Shown here in pieces: positions 46,590 through 56,023 of a DNA stretch of 64,000 nt. Position numbers and translations under genes: made by a program. The stretch covers positions 4,334 through 68,333 of the forward strand of contig JAUMFO010000025.1 of assembly GCA_032119795.1 (NCBI GenBank), given 5' to 3'. The notes under the pieces were generated by a model. It ran no database searches, had not been told where the DNA came from, and saw only the letters and a list, made by a program, of their open reading frames with translations. How positions within the stretch are numbered: the first letter of the stretch is position 1; each line of letters starts with the position of its first letter. The DNA comes from Solirubrobacteraceae bacterium. Lineage in GTDB: Bacteria; Actinomycetota; Thermoleophilia; Solirubrobacterales; Solirubrobacteraceae.

Positions 46590-46904
46590 TCAGTCGCCGC
46601 CGCCCGACGATCTCGGGGGTGGTGGCTCGACCGGTCCACCGCGCCGTCGCACCGGATCGACCTCGAGCAGCTCACCAGGCGTGCAATCCAGCGCGTCGCA
46701 GATCGCCGTCAGCGTCGAGAACCGGATCGCGCGTGCATGCCCGTTCTTGAGCACCGACAGATTCACCGGACTCACCCCGATCTCCCGCGAGAGCTGCGCG
46801 AGCGTCATCCCCCGTTGCTCCAACAGGACGTCGAGCCGCAGCCGGACCCGGTGGTCCGGCTCATCCGACGACTCCTCGCCCGGGGCTTTGCGGCGACCTA
46901 CCAT
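46590..46904 (-). CDS. XRE/Cro-family HTH regulator (YozG-like)
   Basis: RLRLDVLLEQRGMTLAQLSREIGVSPVNLSVLKNGHARAIRFSTLTAICDALDCTPGELLEV. ATGA overlap with the upstream DUF2975 gene. Confidence 0.85.
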   Translation of the reverse strand: MVGRRKAPGEESSDEPDHRVRLRLDVLLEQRGMTLAQLSREIGVSPVNLSVLKNGHARAIRFSTLTAICDALDCTPGELLEVDPVRRRGGPVEPPPPRSSGGGD

Positions 46905-47731
46905 CAGACGACGCCTTCGGCCTCCTTTTCAAGACGAATGCCGTAGCGCCACACCTCCGCGAGCGCCAGGAGCACTAGCGCCGCGACCAGCCAGGGCCAC
47001 GGAATCCCCCACCCCACCGCCTCGGTGCCGCCACCGGCCTCAACGGCGAGGGTGCCGGCGGTGTAGCGGCCGAGTTCAACCAGGAGGACTCCCGGCCCGA
47101 TCACGAGCGCCATCCGCCGAAGCGACCGGACACTGTGCGGGGAGAACGGCTGACCAACCTCAGCCCGAGCCAGCAAGGAGCGCAGGGCCAGCAGGAAGCC
47201 CAGGACCAGCGCCCAGGTGAGCAAGATCGTCCCGATGGTCACCAGCCAGAGACCAAAGGGTGCGTCATCGACGAGCACCTCGGCGTCGACGAGATCGTCT
47301 CCGATCGGCTTTGCTCCCGAACCAAACCACCGCTCGTACGTCTGGTCCCGCGTGACCGTGCGATCGCCAGGGTCAGTCCCAAACGACGCCGACTCAAACG
47401 GGGGCGCGACCGTGATCTGCACGTCGCCGTCGGCGATGGCCACCCGCCCCGCCTCGTAGGTCACGCCATCGGACGCAATGACGAAGGAGATCAAGACAGC
47501 GCAGATCCCGAGTGCCACCAGCAGCAGCGCGAGTTCAACCACTCCGCGGGTCAATTTGATCCACACAACGGATGCCGGACCCGCCGGGCCTACCGCCGAC
47601 GGCCTCCGGCGCCGCACCAACCCGAAGACCACCGCAGCGATCGCCGCCAGCAGGATCACCGACCACACAATCAGGGCGGGGCTGGGCCCGACCACGAAGC
47701 TGCCGCCTTCAGAAGTCTCCCCCACAACCAT
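46904..47731 (-). CDS. DUF2975-family membrane protein
   Basis: Four TM segments, and a C-terminal LLALAEVWRYGIRLEKEAEGVV typical of DUF2975 partners of YozG-like regulators. Confidence 0.7.
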   Translation of the reverse strand: MVVGETSEGGSFVVGPSPALIVWSVILLAAIAAVVFGLVRRRRPSAVGPAGPASVVWIKLTRGVVELALLLVALGICAVLISFVIASDGVTYEAGRVAIADGDVQITVAPPFESASFGTDPGDRTVTRDQTYERWFGSGAKPIGDDLVDAEVLVDDAPFGLWLVTIGTILLTWALVLGFLLALRSLLARAEVGQPFSPHSVRSLRRMALVIGPGVLLVELGRYTAGTLAVEAGGGTEAVGWGIPWPWLVAALVLLALAEVWRYGIRLEKEAEGVV

Positions 47732-47739
47732 CACGATTA

Positions 47740-47765
47740 TCGTTATAACGAATATCGTTATGCCT
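47740..47765. promoter_or_regulatory. AT-rich palindrome/direct-repeat cluster, candidate operator of DUF2975-HTH operon
   Basis: tcgttataacga (perfect 12-bp palindrome) followed by atatcgttat. It lies 9 bp upstream of the DUF2975 start, in the divergent gap with ychF. Confidence 0.4.
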
Positions 47766-47814
47766 GTCTAGGCACACGGCCCGCAGAGCCCCCTCCCCCG
47801 TACAGTCCTCGGCG

Positions 47815-48891
47815 ATGAAGATCGGGATTGTCGGAATGCCGAACGCGGGGAAGTCCTCGCTGTTCAACGCCCTCACCAAGGCTGGTGCGGAGGCTGCGAA
47901 CTACCCGTTTACGACCATCGAGCCAAACATTGCGATCGTGCCGGTGGAGGATGAGCGCCTCGACGCGCTCGTCGAGCTGCTGGGCGCGAGCGAGAAGGTC
48001 GCCGACACGATCGCCTTCCACGACATCGCGGGCCTCGTCGCCGGCGCGTCGAAGGGCGAGGGCCTCGGCAACCAGTTCCTCAGCAACATTCGCGAGACCG
48101 ACGCGATCATGCACGTCGTGCGCTGCCACGGCGACGACAACGTGATCCACAGCGAAGGCAGCGTCAACCCGCTCCGCGACATCGAGACGATCGAGACCGA
48201 GCTGATCTACGCCGACCTCGAGCAGGCCGAGAAGCGCCTGGAGCGCGTGATCCGCTCCGCCCGCGGCGGCGACAAAGCCGCCGTCGCCGAGAAGGCCTGG
48301 CTCGAAGAACTCATCGACGGCTACAACTCCGGCCGGCCCGCGCGCTTCACCCCGATGCCCGAAGACGTCGACAAAGGCCAGACCGTCCACCCGCTCACGG
48401 CCAAGCCCGTGCTGTTCGTCGCCAACGTCGACGAGGGCTCCGACGAGGTCCCCGAGGTCGTCGCCAAACACGCGGCAGACAACGCTGCCGAGGCCGTCGC
48501 CATCAGCTCGCGCATCGAGGCCGAACTCTCCGAACTCGACGACGACGAGGCCGCAATGATGCGCGAAGAGCTCGGCGTCTCGGAGTCCGGCCTGCAGCGC
48601 GTCGTCAAGGGCGCGTTCTCGCTCCTGAACCTCATCACGTTCTTCACGGTCGGCTCCGGCGTACGCGGCCAGTCCTGGCACCTCAAGAACGGCCTCACCG
48701 TCTGGGACGCCGCCGGGCAGATCCACGGCGACATCCAAAAGGGCTTCGTCCGCGCCGAGGTCGTCCCATGGGACCAGCTCATCGCGGCCGGCGGCTACTC
48801 CCAGTCGCGAGACAAGGGCACCCTGCGCATCGAAGGCCGCGACTACCTGATGACCGACGGTGACGTGATCACCGTCAAGCACACCGGCTAA
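47815..48891 (+). CDS. ychF: redox-regulated ribosome-binding ATPase YchF
   Basis: [21 protein letters not shown]...[12 protein letters not shown]-terminal TGS-like GFVRAEVV...DGDVI. Confidence 0.95.
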   Translation: MKIGIVGMPNAGKSSLFNALTKAGAEAANYPFTTIEPNIAIVPVEDERLDALVELLGASEKVADTIAFHDIAGLVAGASKGEGLGNQFLSNIRETDAIMHVVRCHGDDNVIHSEGSVNPLRDIETIETELIYADLEQAEKRLERVIRSARGGDKAAVAEKAWLEELIDGYNSGRPARFTPMPEDVDKGQTVHPLTAKPVLFVANVDEGSDEVPEVVAKHAADNAAEAVAISSRIEAELSELDDDEAAMMREELGVSESGLQRVVKGAFSLLNLITFFTVGSGVRGQSWHLKNGLTVWDAAGQIHGDIQKGFVRAEVVPWDQLIAAGGYSQSRDKGTLRIEGRDYLMTDGDVITVKHTG

Positions 48892-48946
48892 CACCCAGCC
48901 GGTCCGCCGCGAGGCCCGTAGGCCCCGCGGCTCCCAGCCTCGCGCC

Positions 48947-50746
48947 CTATGGCGCGGGCGTCAGGTTCAGGCTGATGGTGTTGCCGTCGCCGGCCGTCAG
49001 CGGCGAGACGAGCCCGTTGAGTACGCCGCAGCCGTTGAGATCGCTGATCTTGAACGTGCCCGCGATCGTGCCGCCAGCCGTCGGCGAGAAGTTGCCGACC
49101 GACGCCAGGTTGATGTCGGACAACTGCTTTGCCTGGCATGCGTTGCCACCGGCGAGCGGAATCGCCCCGAAAAGCTTCACCTCCTGGACCTTGATCCGCA
49201 CCTTCGAGTTCGAGGTCAGCTTGCCGTCCTTGAGCGTGCCCGTGGTCTTCCCCGAGGTCACGAAGCCGATCTTCGCCGTCACGGGCAAGAAGCCCAGCGA
49301 CACCAGCCGGCCCGACGTTTGGTTCAGCGTGAGGTCGGCGGTGAAGGCCCCGCTCCCGCGGTCGACCTCGGCCACGATCCCGCCCTTGAGCGGCAGGTTG
49401 CCCTTGGTCAGCGTCTTCAGCGACGCAGTGCCAGCCAGCGTGTAGCCATAGCGATCCGTCAACGGCGGATCGACCAGCGGCGTGCGGTAGGTGAGACGGT
49501 CGCTCTTCTCAGATTCTAGGTCCCTGGCATCGATGGCCGACACCGCAAACGTGTAGTCCGTGCCGCTCAGCAGGCCCGTGACCATGGTCGAGGTCCCGGT
49601 CACCGTCCGCACCAGCACGCCGTTCAGGTAGACGCGGTACCCCTTGACGGTGCTGTCCGGTGACGTCGCGGCATTCCAGCTCAACGTGATCCACGTACGC
49701 CCAGCCTCGGTGACCCGCAGGCCGGCCGGCCGAGTCGGGACGCCACAGCTCGCGACGACCTGGAAGATCGGCAGCGCCGAGGAGGCGTTGCCGGCATTGT
49801 CAACGGCCGAGACGTAGAGCGTGCCCGGCCCTTCCGGCCCAAGGCCCGTCAGCGTGAGCGTCTCGCCCGCGTCCGCCGCGACGAACGTCAGCGGGCCGCC
49901 GACGCCGCGTGCGACGGTGTAGCCCTTGAGGCCCGAGCCACCGGGCTCATCGACCGACGCACCCCACGTGACGACTGCGCTCGTCGGGGTCGACCCGCAA
50001 GCCGGCCAGTCCGTCGACCCCTCGGTCGGGACCGAGGGCGGAGTGACGTCGCGGGCGTCGTTGTGCGGCGTCAGCACCGTGAGTGCGGCACTCTTTGCTC
50101 CCGCCAAACCAACGTCGTCGATCGCTTCGACCGTGAAGCTGTAGGTCGTGTCCTCTTGGAGACCAGTCACCGTCACCGTCGTGCCCGAGGTCGTCATGAC
50201 CCGAGTCGATCCGGAGTAGACGTTGTAGCGGTCGATGGGTCGATCGGGGTCCACCGGTGCCGTCCAACTCAGCGTCACGGACGTGGGGGTGATCGCGACG
50301 ACCCGAAGGTTCCCCGGAACCTCAGGAACGCAGCTCGCGATCGCGCGGTAGATCTGGCGAGGCTCGGACCGGTTCCCGGCGTTGTCGACGGCGCGCACAA
50401 ACACACTGCGTCCCGATCCAGGAGCGATGCCCGTCACGAGCAACGTCTCGCCGGCATCGGCCGCGACGAAGATCTCCCGACCGTCGTAGTCGACGAAGTA
50501 CCCCTTCAGGCCCGACCCCTCCGGTTCGTCGACCGACGCCTTCCACTTGAGCGTGACCGACGAGCGCTCGGGCCCACAGATTGGCCAGTCGCCAGAGCCG
50601 GAGGCCGGCACCGACGGCGGGGTGACGTCTTGGATTGCTGCGGCAGCAGGTGAGGCGCCGCCGAGCGCCGCCGCTGCGGCGGCAGCAAGCAACGCCACTC
50701 TGGCGACCTGGGACTTGAAGGACACGTCAACTCCTGGGAGGGACAC
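48947..50746 (-). CDS. secreted fibronectin-type-III repeat protein
   Basis: Signal peptide VALLAAAAAAALGGASPAAAA. Internal duplication (DVTPPSVP...SGLKGY...AVDNAGN module plus an FN3 with LSWTAP/LSWNAA), then a C-terminal beta-rich domain of about 170 aa. Confidence 0.7.
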   Translation of the reverse strand: MSLPGVDVSFKSQVARVALLAAAAAAALGGASPAAAAIQDVTPPSVPASGSGDWPICGPERSSVTLKWKASVDEPEGSGLKGYFVDYDGREIFVAADAGETLLVTGIAPGSGRSVFVRAVDNAGNRSEPRQIYRAIASCVPEVPGNLRVVAITPTSVTLSWTAPVDPDRPIDRYNVYSGSTRVMTTSGTTVTVTGLQEDTTYSFTVEAIDDVGLAGAKSAALTVLTPHNDARDVTPPSVPTEGSTDWPACGSTPTSAVVTWGASVDEPGGSGLKGYTVARGVGGPLTFVAADAGETLTLTGLGPEGPGTLYVSAVDNAGNASSALPIFQVVASCGVPTRPAGLRVTEAGRTWITLSWNAATSPDSTVKGYRVYLNGVLVRTVTGTSTMVTGLLSGTDYTFAVSAIDARDLESEKSDRLTYRTPLVDPPLTDRYGYTLAGTASLKTLTKGNLPLKGGIVAEVDRGSGAFTADLTLNQTSGRLVSLGFLPVTAKIGFVTSGKTTGTLKDGKLTSNSKVRIKVQEVKLFGAIPLAGGNACQAKQLSDINLASVGNFSPTAGGTIAGTFKISDLNGCGVLNGLVSPLTAGDGNTISLNLTPAP

Positions 50747-50895
50747 CGGCAGGGGGACAGGCCAGCTAATGGACAGCGCGGTGACGCGCGCAACCCCATC
50801 TTGCCCTATCGGGGCGCGGTCGACACGAAACGTTGCTCACCGCCCTCCACTCGCAACCGGATCGTCCCGCCCGCCCGGGGGTTAGGCTCCCTCGA

Positions 50896-51615
50896 ATGGC
50901 CAGCAGCGAGGACCCCACCCGCATCCACCCGACGGCGCCTGCTCCGCCGAGCCCTCCGCCGGCCGGGCCCGGTCTGACGCCCCACGAGCCACTGCCCGGC
51001 GGCCCCGGCGGCCCGACCGATCCGCCCCTCCCGCCAACTGGCGGACCGGGCGGTGGCGGCGGCTGGGACGACGGCCCAGACGAGCCGCAGGACGACGAGA
51101 AGAAGCGCAACTGGGCGCTCTTCGTGATCGCCGGTGCCCTGGTCCTGATCGCGCTCTTCCTCGGCCTCAGCCTCCTGCAGAGTGACGACGACGAGCCCAC
51201 GGTGGCATCGACGCCGACGGAGGTCGTGGCGCCCGAGACCACACCCGTCCCGCCGACCACCCCAAGGGCCGAGCCCGTCACGCCGCCGCCCGCGCCGTCG
51301 ACGCCCGACACCTCCGGCAACGGCAACGGCGGATCCGGCGGCGGCAACACCAACCCCACCACGCCCGTCGACGAAGGCCCGCTGCTGGAGGCCGGGTCCG
51401 TCACGAAGATCAAGGTGGGCGAAGGCGACACCGTCGCGTTCCGAGTGAAGTCGGACACCGATGAAGAGGTCCACGTACACGGCTACGACCAGACGTTCGA
51501 CGTGCGCGCCGGCCAGACCAAAGCGATCTCCTTCACCGCCGACCTCACCGGCATCTTCGAGATCGAGTTCGAGGGCAGCGCCACCCAGATCGGCGAGCTG
51601 ACGGTCGAGCCGTAG
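50896..51615 (+). CDS. Pro-rich membrane-anchored protein with C-terminal cupredoxin-like domain
   Basis: ATG at 50896. TM segment WALFVIAGALVLIALFLGLSLL. C-terminus GDTVAFRVKSDTDEEVHVHGYDQTFDVRAGQTKAISFTADLTGIFEIEFEGS. Confidence 0.65.
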   Translation: MASSEDPTRIHPTAPAPPSPPPAGPGLTPHEPLPGGPGGPTDPPLPPTGGPGGGGGWDDGPDEPQDDEKKRNWALFVIAGALVLIALFLGLSLLQSDDDEPTVASTPTEVVAPETTPVPPTTPRAEPVTPPPAPSTPDTSGNGNGGSGGGNTNPTTPVDEGPLLEAGSVTKIKVGEGDTVAFRVKSDTDEEVHVHGYDQTFDVRAGQTKAISFTADLTGIFEIEFEGSATQIGELTVEP

Positions 51616-51689
51616 ATCGAGGGATCTCCCCCCGGCCACTTCGGGAAAACCCCGATGGCCGGGGCTGGCGCCAGGCGTACGGTCAGTCC

Positions 51690-51917
51690 ATGAGCACCGC
51701 CACCGTGTCCCATCAGCCCACTCCGGCGCGGAAGTCCGCGCAGAAGGCGTCTCAGGCGGCCGCCGCGCCCGCTCCGGCCACGCCCCGGGATCGCGCTGCC
51801 CAGGACGCCCACGAGACGCGCCTGCTCGCGACCATCACCGGGGTCGCGTCGCTTATCATCCTCGTCTTCTTCATCGCGATGATGTGGTGGCTCTCCGGCT
51901 ACGGCCCGACCGCCTAA
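51690..51917 (+). CDS. small membrane protein, hypothetical
   Basis: High G/C at codon position 3. One C-terminal TM (ITGVASLIILVFFIAMMWWL). Confidence 0.5.
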   Translation: MSTATVSHQPTPARKSAQKASQAAAAPAPATPRDRAAQDAHETRLLATITGVASLIILVFFIAMMWWLSGYGPTA

Positions 51918-51956
51918 CACCGACGGGCGCGCGCTCCCGCGACGCCCTCGAACCCC

Positions 51957-52568
51957 TTAGCCCGCGCGCGTCTTCGTCTTCTGGCGCTCGCGGTGGCGGC
52001 GTTGGCGATTGCGATCGCCACAGCGTGCGTCCTCGCACCACAGCCGGCGGCCGGGGCGCGACACGTCGACGAACGGCACCCCGCAGTCGTCGGCCGCGCA
52101 GGTGCGCAGGCGGCTCTGCAGAAACGGGTCTCGCAGCACCTCGATCGCGTCGCGCGCGACGGTCGAGAGGGCCTGGCCAATCGTCGGGTCGACCCACGAC
52201 GGACCGGTGAGCTGAGGGACCAGCGGCGGGCGGGCGGCGATCTCATCGATCACCGCGCGGTCGCGCTCGAACGGCTCGGTCTCCGTCAGCACCGCCTGGA
52301 CGGCATGCCAGATCGCCCACCGCAGGCGACGCGCGTCGAGGTGCTCAGCCTCCGTCGCCTCAGCCTCCACGGCGAGCTGCGACCAGGCAAACCAGACACT
52401 CAGCTCGGCGGGCGTGGCGATGCGCTCAAACGGCTCGAACTCCTCGCCCTCGCCGCCCGTCAACGAAAGGTCGAGGCTCAGGCGGCCGGTCTGGCGGAAG
52501 TCACGGTCGGCGCCGAGCCCGCCCAGGGTGGCGACCTCACCGTTGGTCGAGGCAAAGTGTGCGGTCAT
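51957..52568 (-). CDS. CGNR zinc-finger (ABATE domain) protein
   Basis: C-terminal CAADDCGVPFVDVSRPGRRLWCEDARCGDRNRQRRHRER matches the zf-CGNR pattern. ATG at 52568. Confidence 0.8.
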   Translation of the reverse strand: MTAHFASTNGEVATLGGLGADRDFRQTGRLSLDLSLTGGEGEEFEPFERIATPAELSVWFAWSQLAVEAEATEAEHLDARRLRWAIWHAVQAVLTETEPFERDRAVIDEIAARPPLVPQLTGPSWVDPTIGQALSTVARDAIEVLRDPFLQSRLRTCAADDCGVPFVDVSRPGRRLWCEDARCGDRNRQRRHRERQKTKTRAG

Positions 52569-52647
52569 GGCTTGATCGCATGGTAGCGCCGGCCGGCGGG
52601 GATCCCGCCAGCTGGCTTGCGGGCGCCAGCGGCCTACCGACCCGGCC

Positions 52648-53559
52648 CTAGATCCGCCGCTCAAGCGCCTCGGCGAGGCGTCGCATGCCCCGCTCTTCGG
52701 CGGCCTTCGCGCCGCCTGCCCAGTCGGTCTCGTGGTCGGCCGGGCGATCGACGGCGACCGGCTGCAGCTGCGCAACCTTCAGGTAGGTGCGGAGGTCGTC
52801 GGCGGAGCCCGCGATCGACTCTGCCCGCTTTTGACTGAGCGGACTGAATGGCTTGTCCTTGCCGGAAGCGACGGCCTCGGCCTTCGCGATGACGTGCTCA
52901 AGCGTGCCCCACTCCTCGAGCAACGCCGCCGCGGTCTTCGCACCGATGCCTGCGGCGCCCGGGATGCCGTCGGAGGTGTCGCCGCGCAGCGCAATCAGCT
53001 CGGGGACCTGACTCGGCGCGCACCCCACCCAGTCCCGCACGCCGGCCGGGTCGACGGTCGCCACGCCTTTGGCTGCGCCCTGCGGGAAACGAACGCTCAC
53101 GTTCGCGGTGACGCACTGGAAGATGTCGCGATCGCCGGTGACGAGCCTCGCGGGACTGCGCGCCGCATGCTCGAGCTTGGCGTAGGCACCGAGAAGATCG
53201 TCGGCCTCCAGCGTGGAGTGCTGGGCCACCCGCCAGCCCAGCAGCGCGCAGACCTCGGCAGCCTGCTCAAACTGCGGGCGCAGGTCGTCGGGCATCGGGT
53301 CGCGGTGGGCGTGGTAGGCCGGCAGCAGCTCCACGCGGTAGCTCGCCTCCTCCGCACCGAAGCAGATCACCACGCCACGCGGACCGGGAATGCCAGCGGC
53401 AGCGTCGACGCAGGCGTCGATCTCCGTCATCACAAAGCGGATGAACCCCAGCACCGCGCCGACCGGCTGACCGTCGGTGCCGACGATGTCGGACGGCATC
53501 GCGAAGTACGAGCGGTAGAGGATCGACGGGGCGTCGACGACGAGCAGCGGACCGGTCAC
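52648..53559 (-). CDS. 5'-3' exonuclease (FEN/Pol I N-terminal-like)
   Basis: LLVVDAPSILYRSYFA, LEADDLLG, TGDRDIFQ, LRGDTSDGIPGAAGIGAKTAAALL. GTG at 53559. The rest of track ORF 52648..54558 is antisense to the kinase gene. Confidence 0.85.
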   Translation of the reverse strand: MTGPLLVVDAPSILYRSYFAMPSDIVGTDGQPVGAVLGFIRFVMTEIDACVDAAAGIPGPRGVVICFGAEEASYRVELLPAYHAHRDPMPDDLRPQFEQAAEVCALLGWRVAQHSTLEADDLLGAYAKLEHAARSPARLVTGDRDIFQCVTANVSVRFPQGAAKGVATVDPAGVRDWVGCAPSQVPELIALRGDTSDGIPGAAGIGAKTAAALLEEWGTLEHVIAKAEAVASGKDKPFSPLSQKRAESIAGSADDLRTYLKVAQLQPVAVDRPADHETDWAGGAKAAEERGMRRLAEALERRI

Positions 53560-53667
53560 CCCCAAGACCCTACGGGGCGCGATCTGCGCGCGCCCTAGCC
53601 GCGACCCGGCTAACGCGCCGCCCCGACCTGCAACGATCCCTCGGTAAGCAACGTCCGTAGATTCTCC

Positions 53668-55056
53668 GTGCCCATCCCCCGCTCCCGTATCTCCCGCACC
53701 GCCAAGTTCGGCGGCATGGTCGCGGGCCAGTCCGCCAAGTGGGCGGGCACCCGAGTGGCCAACCAGTTCCGCGGCGAGGAAGCCGCCAGTGAGAAGTCGC
53801 AAGCGCGCGCCCTCTCTGCCGCCGAGCAGATCGTCGAGCAGCTTGGCCAGATGAAGGGCGCCGCGATGAAGATCGGGCAGGTCCTCTCGACCGTCGACTT
53901 CGACCTCGTCCCGGAAGAGGCCCGGCCGGAGTTCAAAGAGAAGCTCGCCGAACTCCGCGACCAGTCCTCGCGCGTCCCCTTCAAGGACCTGCGCAAGATG
54001 ATGGAGGAGGACTTCGACGGCCCCCTCAGCGACTACTTCGAGCACATCGATCCCGAAGCGATCGCGGCAGCGTCGATCGGGCAGGTCCACAAAGCGGTCA
54101 CGACCGACGGCCAGACCGTCGCCGTGAAGATCCAGTACCCCGGCATCGCCGAGGCCGTCTCCACCGACCTGCGCAACGCACAGCTGCTCACGCCGCTGAT
54201 CCGCTCGATGGCCCCCGGCCTCGACGTCAAAGCCCTGATGGCCGAGATGACGGAGCGCATCGAGGAAGAGGTCGACTACGAGATGGAGGCGCAGAACCAC
54301 CGCCTCATCGAGCGCGCGATGCGCGGCCACCCGCTGATTCGCATCCCCGCCGTCGACACCCGCCGATCGACCCGCCGCGTGCTCACCACCGAGTTCGTAG
54401 AAGCCCGCACGTTCGACGACGTCAAACGCGGTGGCGACCTCGAAGAGCGCAGCCGCTTCGGCGAGCTGATCTTCCGCTTCTTCTACGGCGTCCTCGTGAA
54501 CGAGCATGTCGCCCTCGGTGATCCTCACCCGGGCAACCTGCTCTATGACGGCGAGCACCGCCTCGTTGCCCTCGACTTCGGCCTACTGCGCCACATGTCG
54601 CCCGAGTATCTGCAAGGCGAACGCGACCTCGGCGTCGCCATCATGGCCGGCGACGCCGGCGCCGTCCACGAGGGCATGTCGACCCTCGGCTACCTCCCCA
54701 AGCCCGACGAGTTCGACCCGGTCCTCCTGCTCGCCCAGATGCGCGCCGCGACCGACTGGTACATGGAACACCACGGCCAGCGGACGATCGACGCCGAGCT
54801 CGTCCGCAAGACGCTCGAGCAGTCCGGATCGCCACGCTCGGAGTTCTTCTCGCTGATGCGCCGGCAGACCGTCCCGCCGGAGGCGCTGCTGCTGCGCCGC
54901 ATGGAAGGCCTGATCTTCTCCGTCCTCGGCGAACTCGGTGCTCGCGCCGACTGGGGCCGCATGGCCGCCGAGTACCTGCAAGACAAACCGCCGAGTTCAC
55001 CGCTTGGCGAGATCGATCAGGCGCACTGGGCCGCTCGCCCAGCGAAGAAGCGCTAA
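53668..55056 (+). CDS. ABC1/UbiB/AarF-family atypical kinase
   Basis: AAMKIGQVLS, AASIGQVHKA, VAVKIQYPG, GDPHPGNLL. GTG start. Confidence 0.85.
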   Translation: MPIPRSRISRTAKFGGMVAGQSAKWAGTRVANQFRGEEAASEKSQARALSAAEQIVEQLGQMKGAAMKIGQVLSTVDFDLVPEEARPEFKEKLAELRDQSSRVPFKDLRKMMEEDFDGPLSDYFEHIDPEAIAAASIGQVHKAVTTDGQTVAVKIQYPGIAEAVSTDLRNAQLLTPLIRSMAPGLDVKALMAEMTERIEEEVDYEMEAQNHRLIERAMRGHPLIRIPAVDTRRSTRRVLTTEFVEARTFDDVKRGGDLEERSRFGELIFRFFYGVLVNEHVALGDPHPGNLLYDGEHRLVALDFGLLRHMSPEYLQGERDLGVAIMAGDAGAVHEGMSTLGYLPKPDEFDPVLLLAQMRAATDWYMEHHGQRTIDAELVRKTLEQSGSPRSEFFSLMRRQTVPPEALLLRRMEGLIFSVLGELGARADWGRMAAEYLQDKPPSSPLGEIDQAHWAARPAKKR

Positions 55057-55165
55057 CGACTCCCAGCAGATCCTGAGGCTCCTCGGGGCAGGCTCCGAGG
55101 GAGCCGAGCCATCGTGAGTTCCATCAAGCCGGCGCACCAGCCGACCGACGAAGGACTCGCACCAC

Positions 55166-55687
55166 ATGAGCTTTACCCTCCAACCAACCCGCACGGCCAT
55201 GGCGATCGCGGCGGTCGCGTTTGCCGCGGGAATGGCCGGCTGCGGAGATTCCAGCAACACCACCGCGGCCGGCACAGCCTCCGCTGCGGCGGCATCTCAG
55301 GCGCCGCAGGGCACCACGCCCGGCGCGCCCCAAGGCACGACCCCCGGCACGCGACCGCAGGGCACCACGCCGGGCGCCGGCGGGCCAGGCGGCATGGACA
55401 CGGCGGCGCTCGCCACGGCACTCGGCGTCTCCGAAGACAAGCTCACGGCTGCGATGGCGAAGGCCCGTCCGGCACAGGGCCAGCAGCCCGGTGCCGGCGG
55501 TGAGGCAGACATGTTTGCGACGCTGGCCTCCGAGCTCGATCTCTCCGCCGAGAAGGTTGAGGCAGCGTTCCAGAGCGTGATGCCAGCCGGGGGCCGCGGC
55601 CCAGGCGGCCAGGCGCCGCCGAGCGGGGAGGCGCCTCAGGGTGCCACGGCGCCCGGCAGCACGACCGACTCCGGCTCGACCACCTGA
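55166..55687 (+). CDS. lipoprotein with PQGTTPG repeats, hypothetical
   Basis: Lipobox AAGMAGC. Three PQGTTPG units (DNA repeat about 55304-55378). Two short helical segments ALATALGVSEDKLTAAMAKA / LASELDLSAEKVEAAFQSV. Confidence 0.65.
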   Translation: MSFTLQPTRTAMAIAAVAFAAGMAGCGDSSNTTAAGTASAAAASQAPQGTTPGAPQGTTPGTRPQGTTPGAGGPGGMDTAALATALGVSEDKLTAAMAKARPAQGQQPGAGGEADMFATLASELDLSAEKVEAAFQSVMPAGGRGPGGQAPPSGEAPQGATAPGSTTDSGSTT

Positions 55688-55973
55688 TGAGTTGACCGCC
55701 GCAGCGCAAGCGACTCTGAACCACAAAGCGATGTATCAAGCAGTTCCGGCCACGCCCGCCGTTGACCGCCCGGCCGCAACTTTTGGAACCTAGGTTGAAA
55801 ACACCGCGTCAACGTCACTCCGGACTGCGACGCGAGACAGGAACGAAGTCGAACCGTGCCCTCAGGGAGGGCACGCGAGACCAAGTCTGAGGGCCACCAA
55901 GCCGCGCGGGACACGCGGCAGGCCCCCGTCCCAGTTGCCAGCGACTCAAGCGCACAGCACGCGGGACCAGTTC

Positions 55974-56008
55974 GAACGGCGGCCTTCGGGTCGCCGTTCG
56001 TCGTTTGG
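55974..56008 (+). terminator. hairpin with short U-tract between convergent genes
   Basis: gaacggcg-gccttcgggt-cgccgttc followed by gtcgtttgg. It could also serve the minus-strand SpoIID gene. Confidence 0.45.
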
Positions 56009-56023
56009 CTCCGGGTCTCGGAG

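Noticed and set aside
52648-54558. 636-aa track ORF that looks like one large gene
   Set aside because: Only the C-terminal 303 aa (from the GTG at 53559) carry 5'-3' exonuclease motifs. The N-terminal part is antisense to the well-supported ABC1/UbiB kinase gene (53668..55056) and has an E/D/G/A/R-rich shadow composition.
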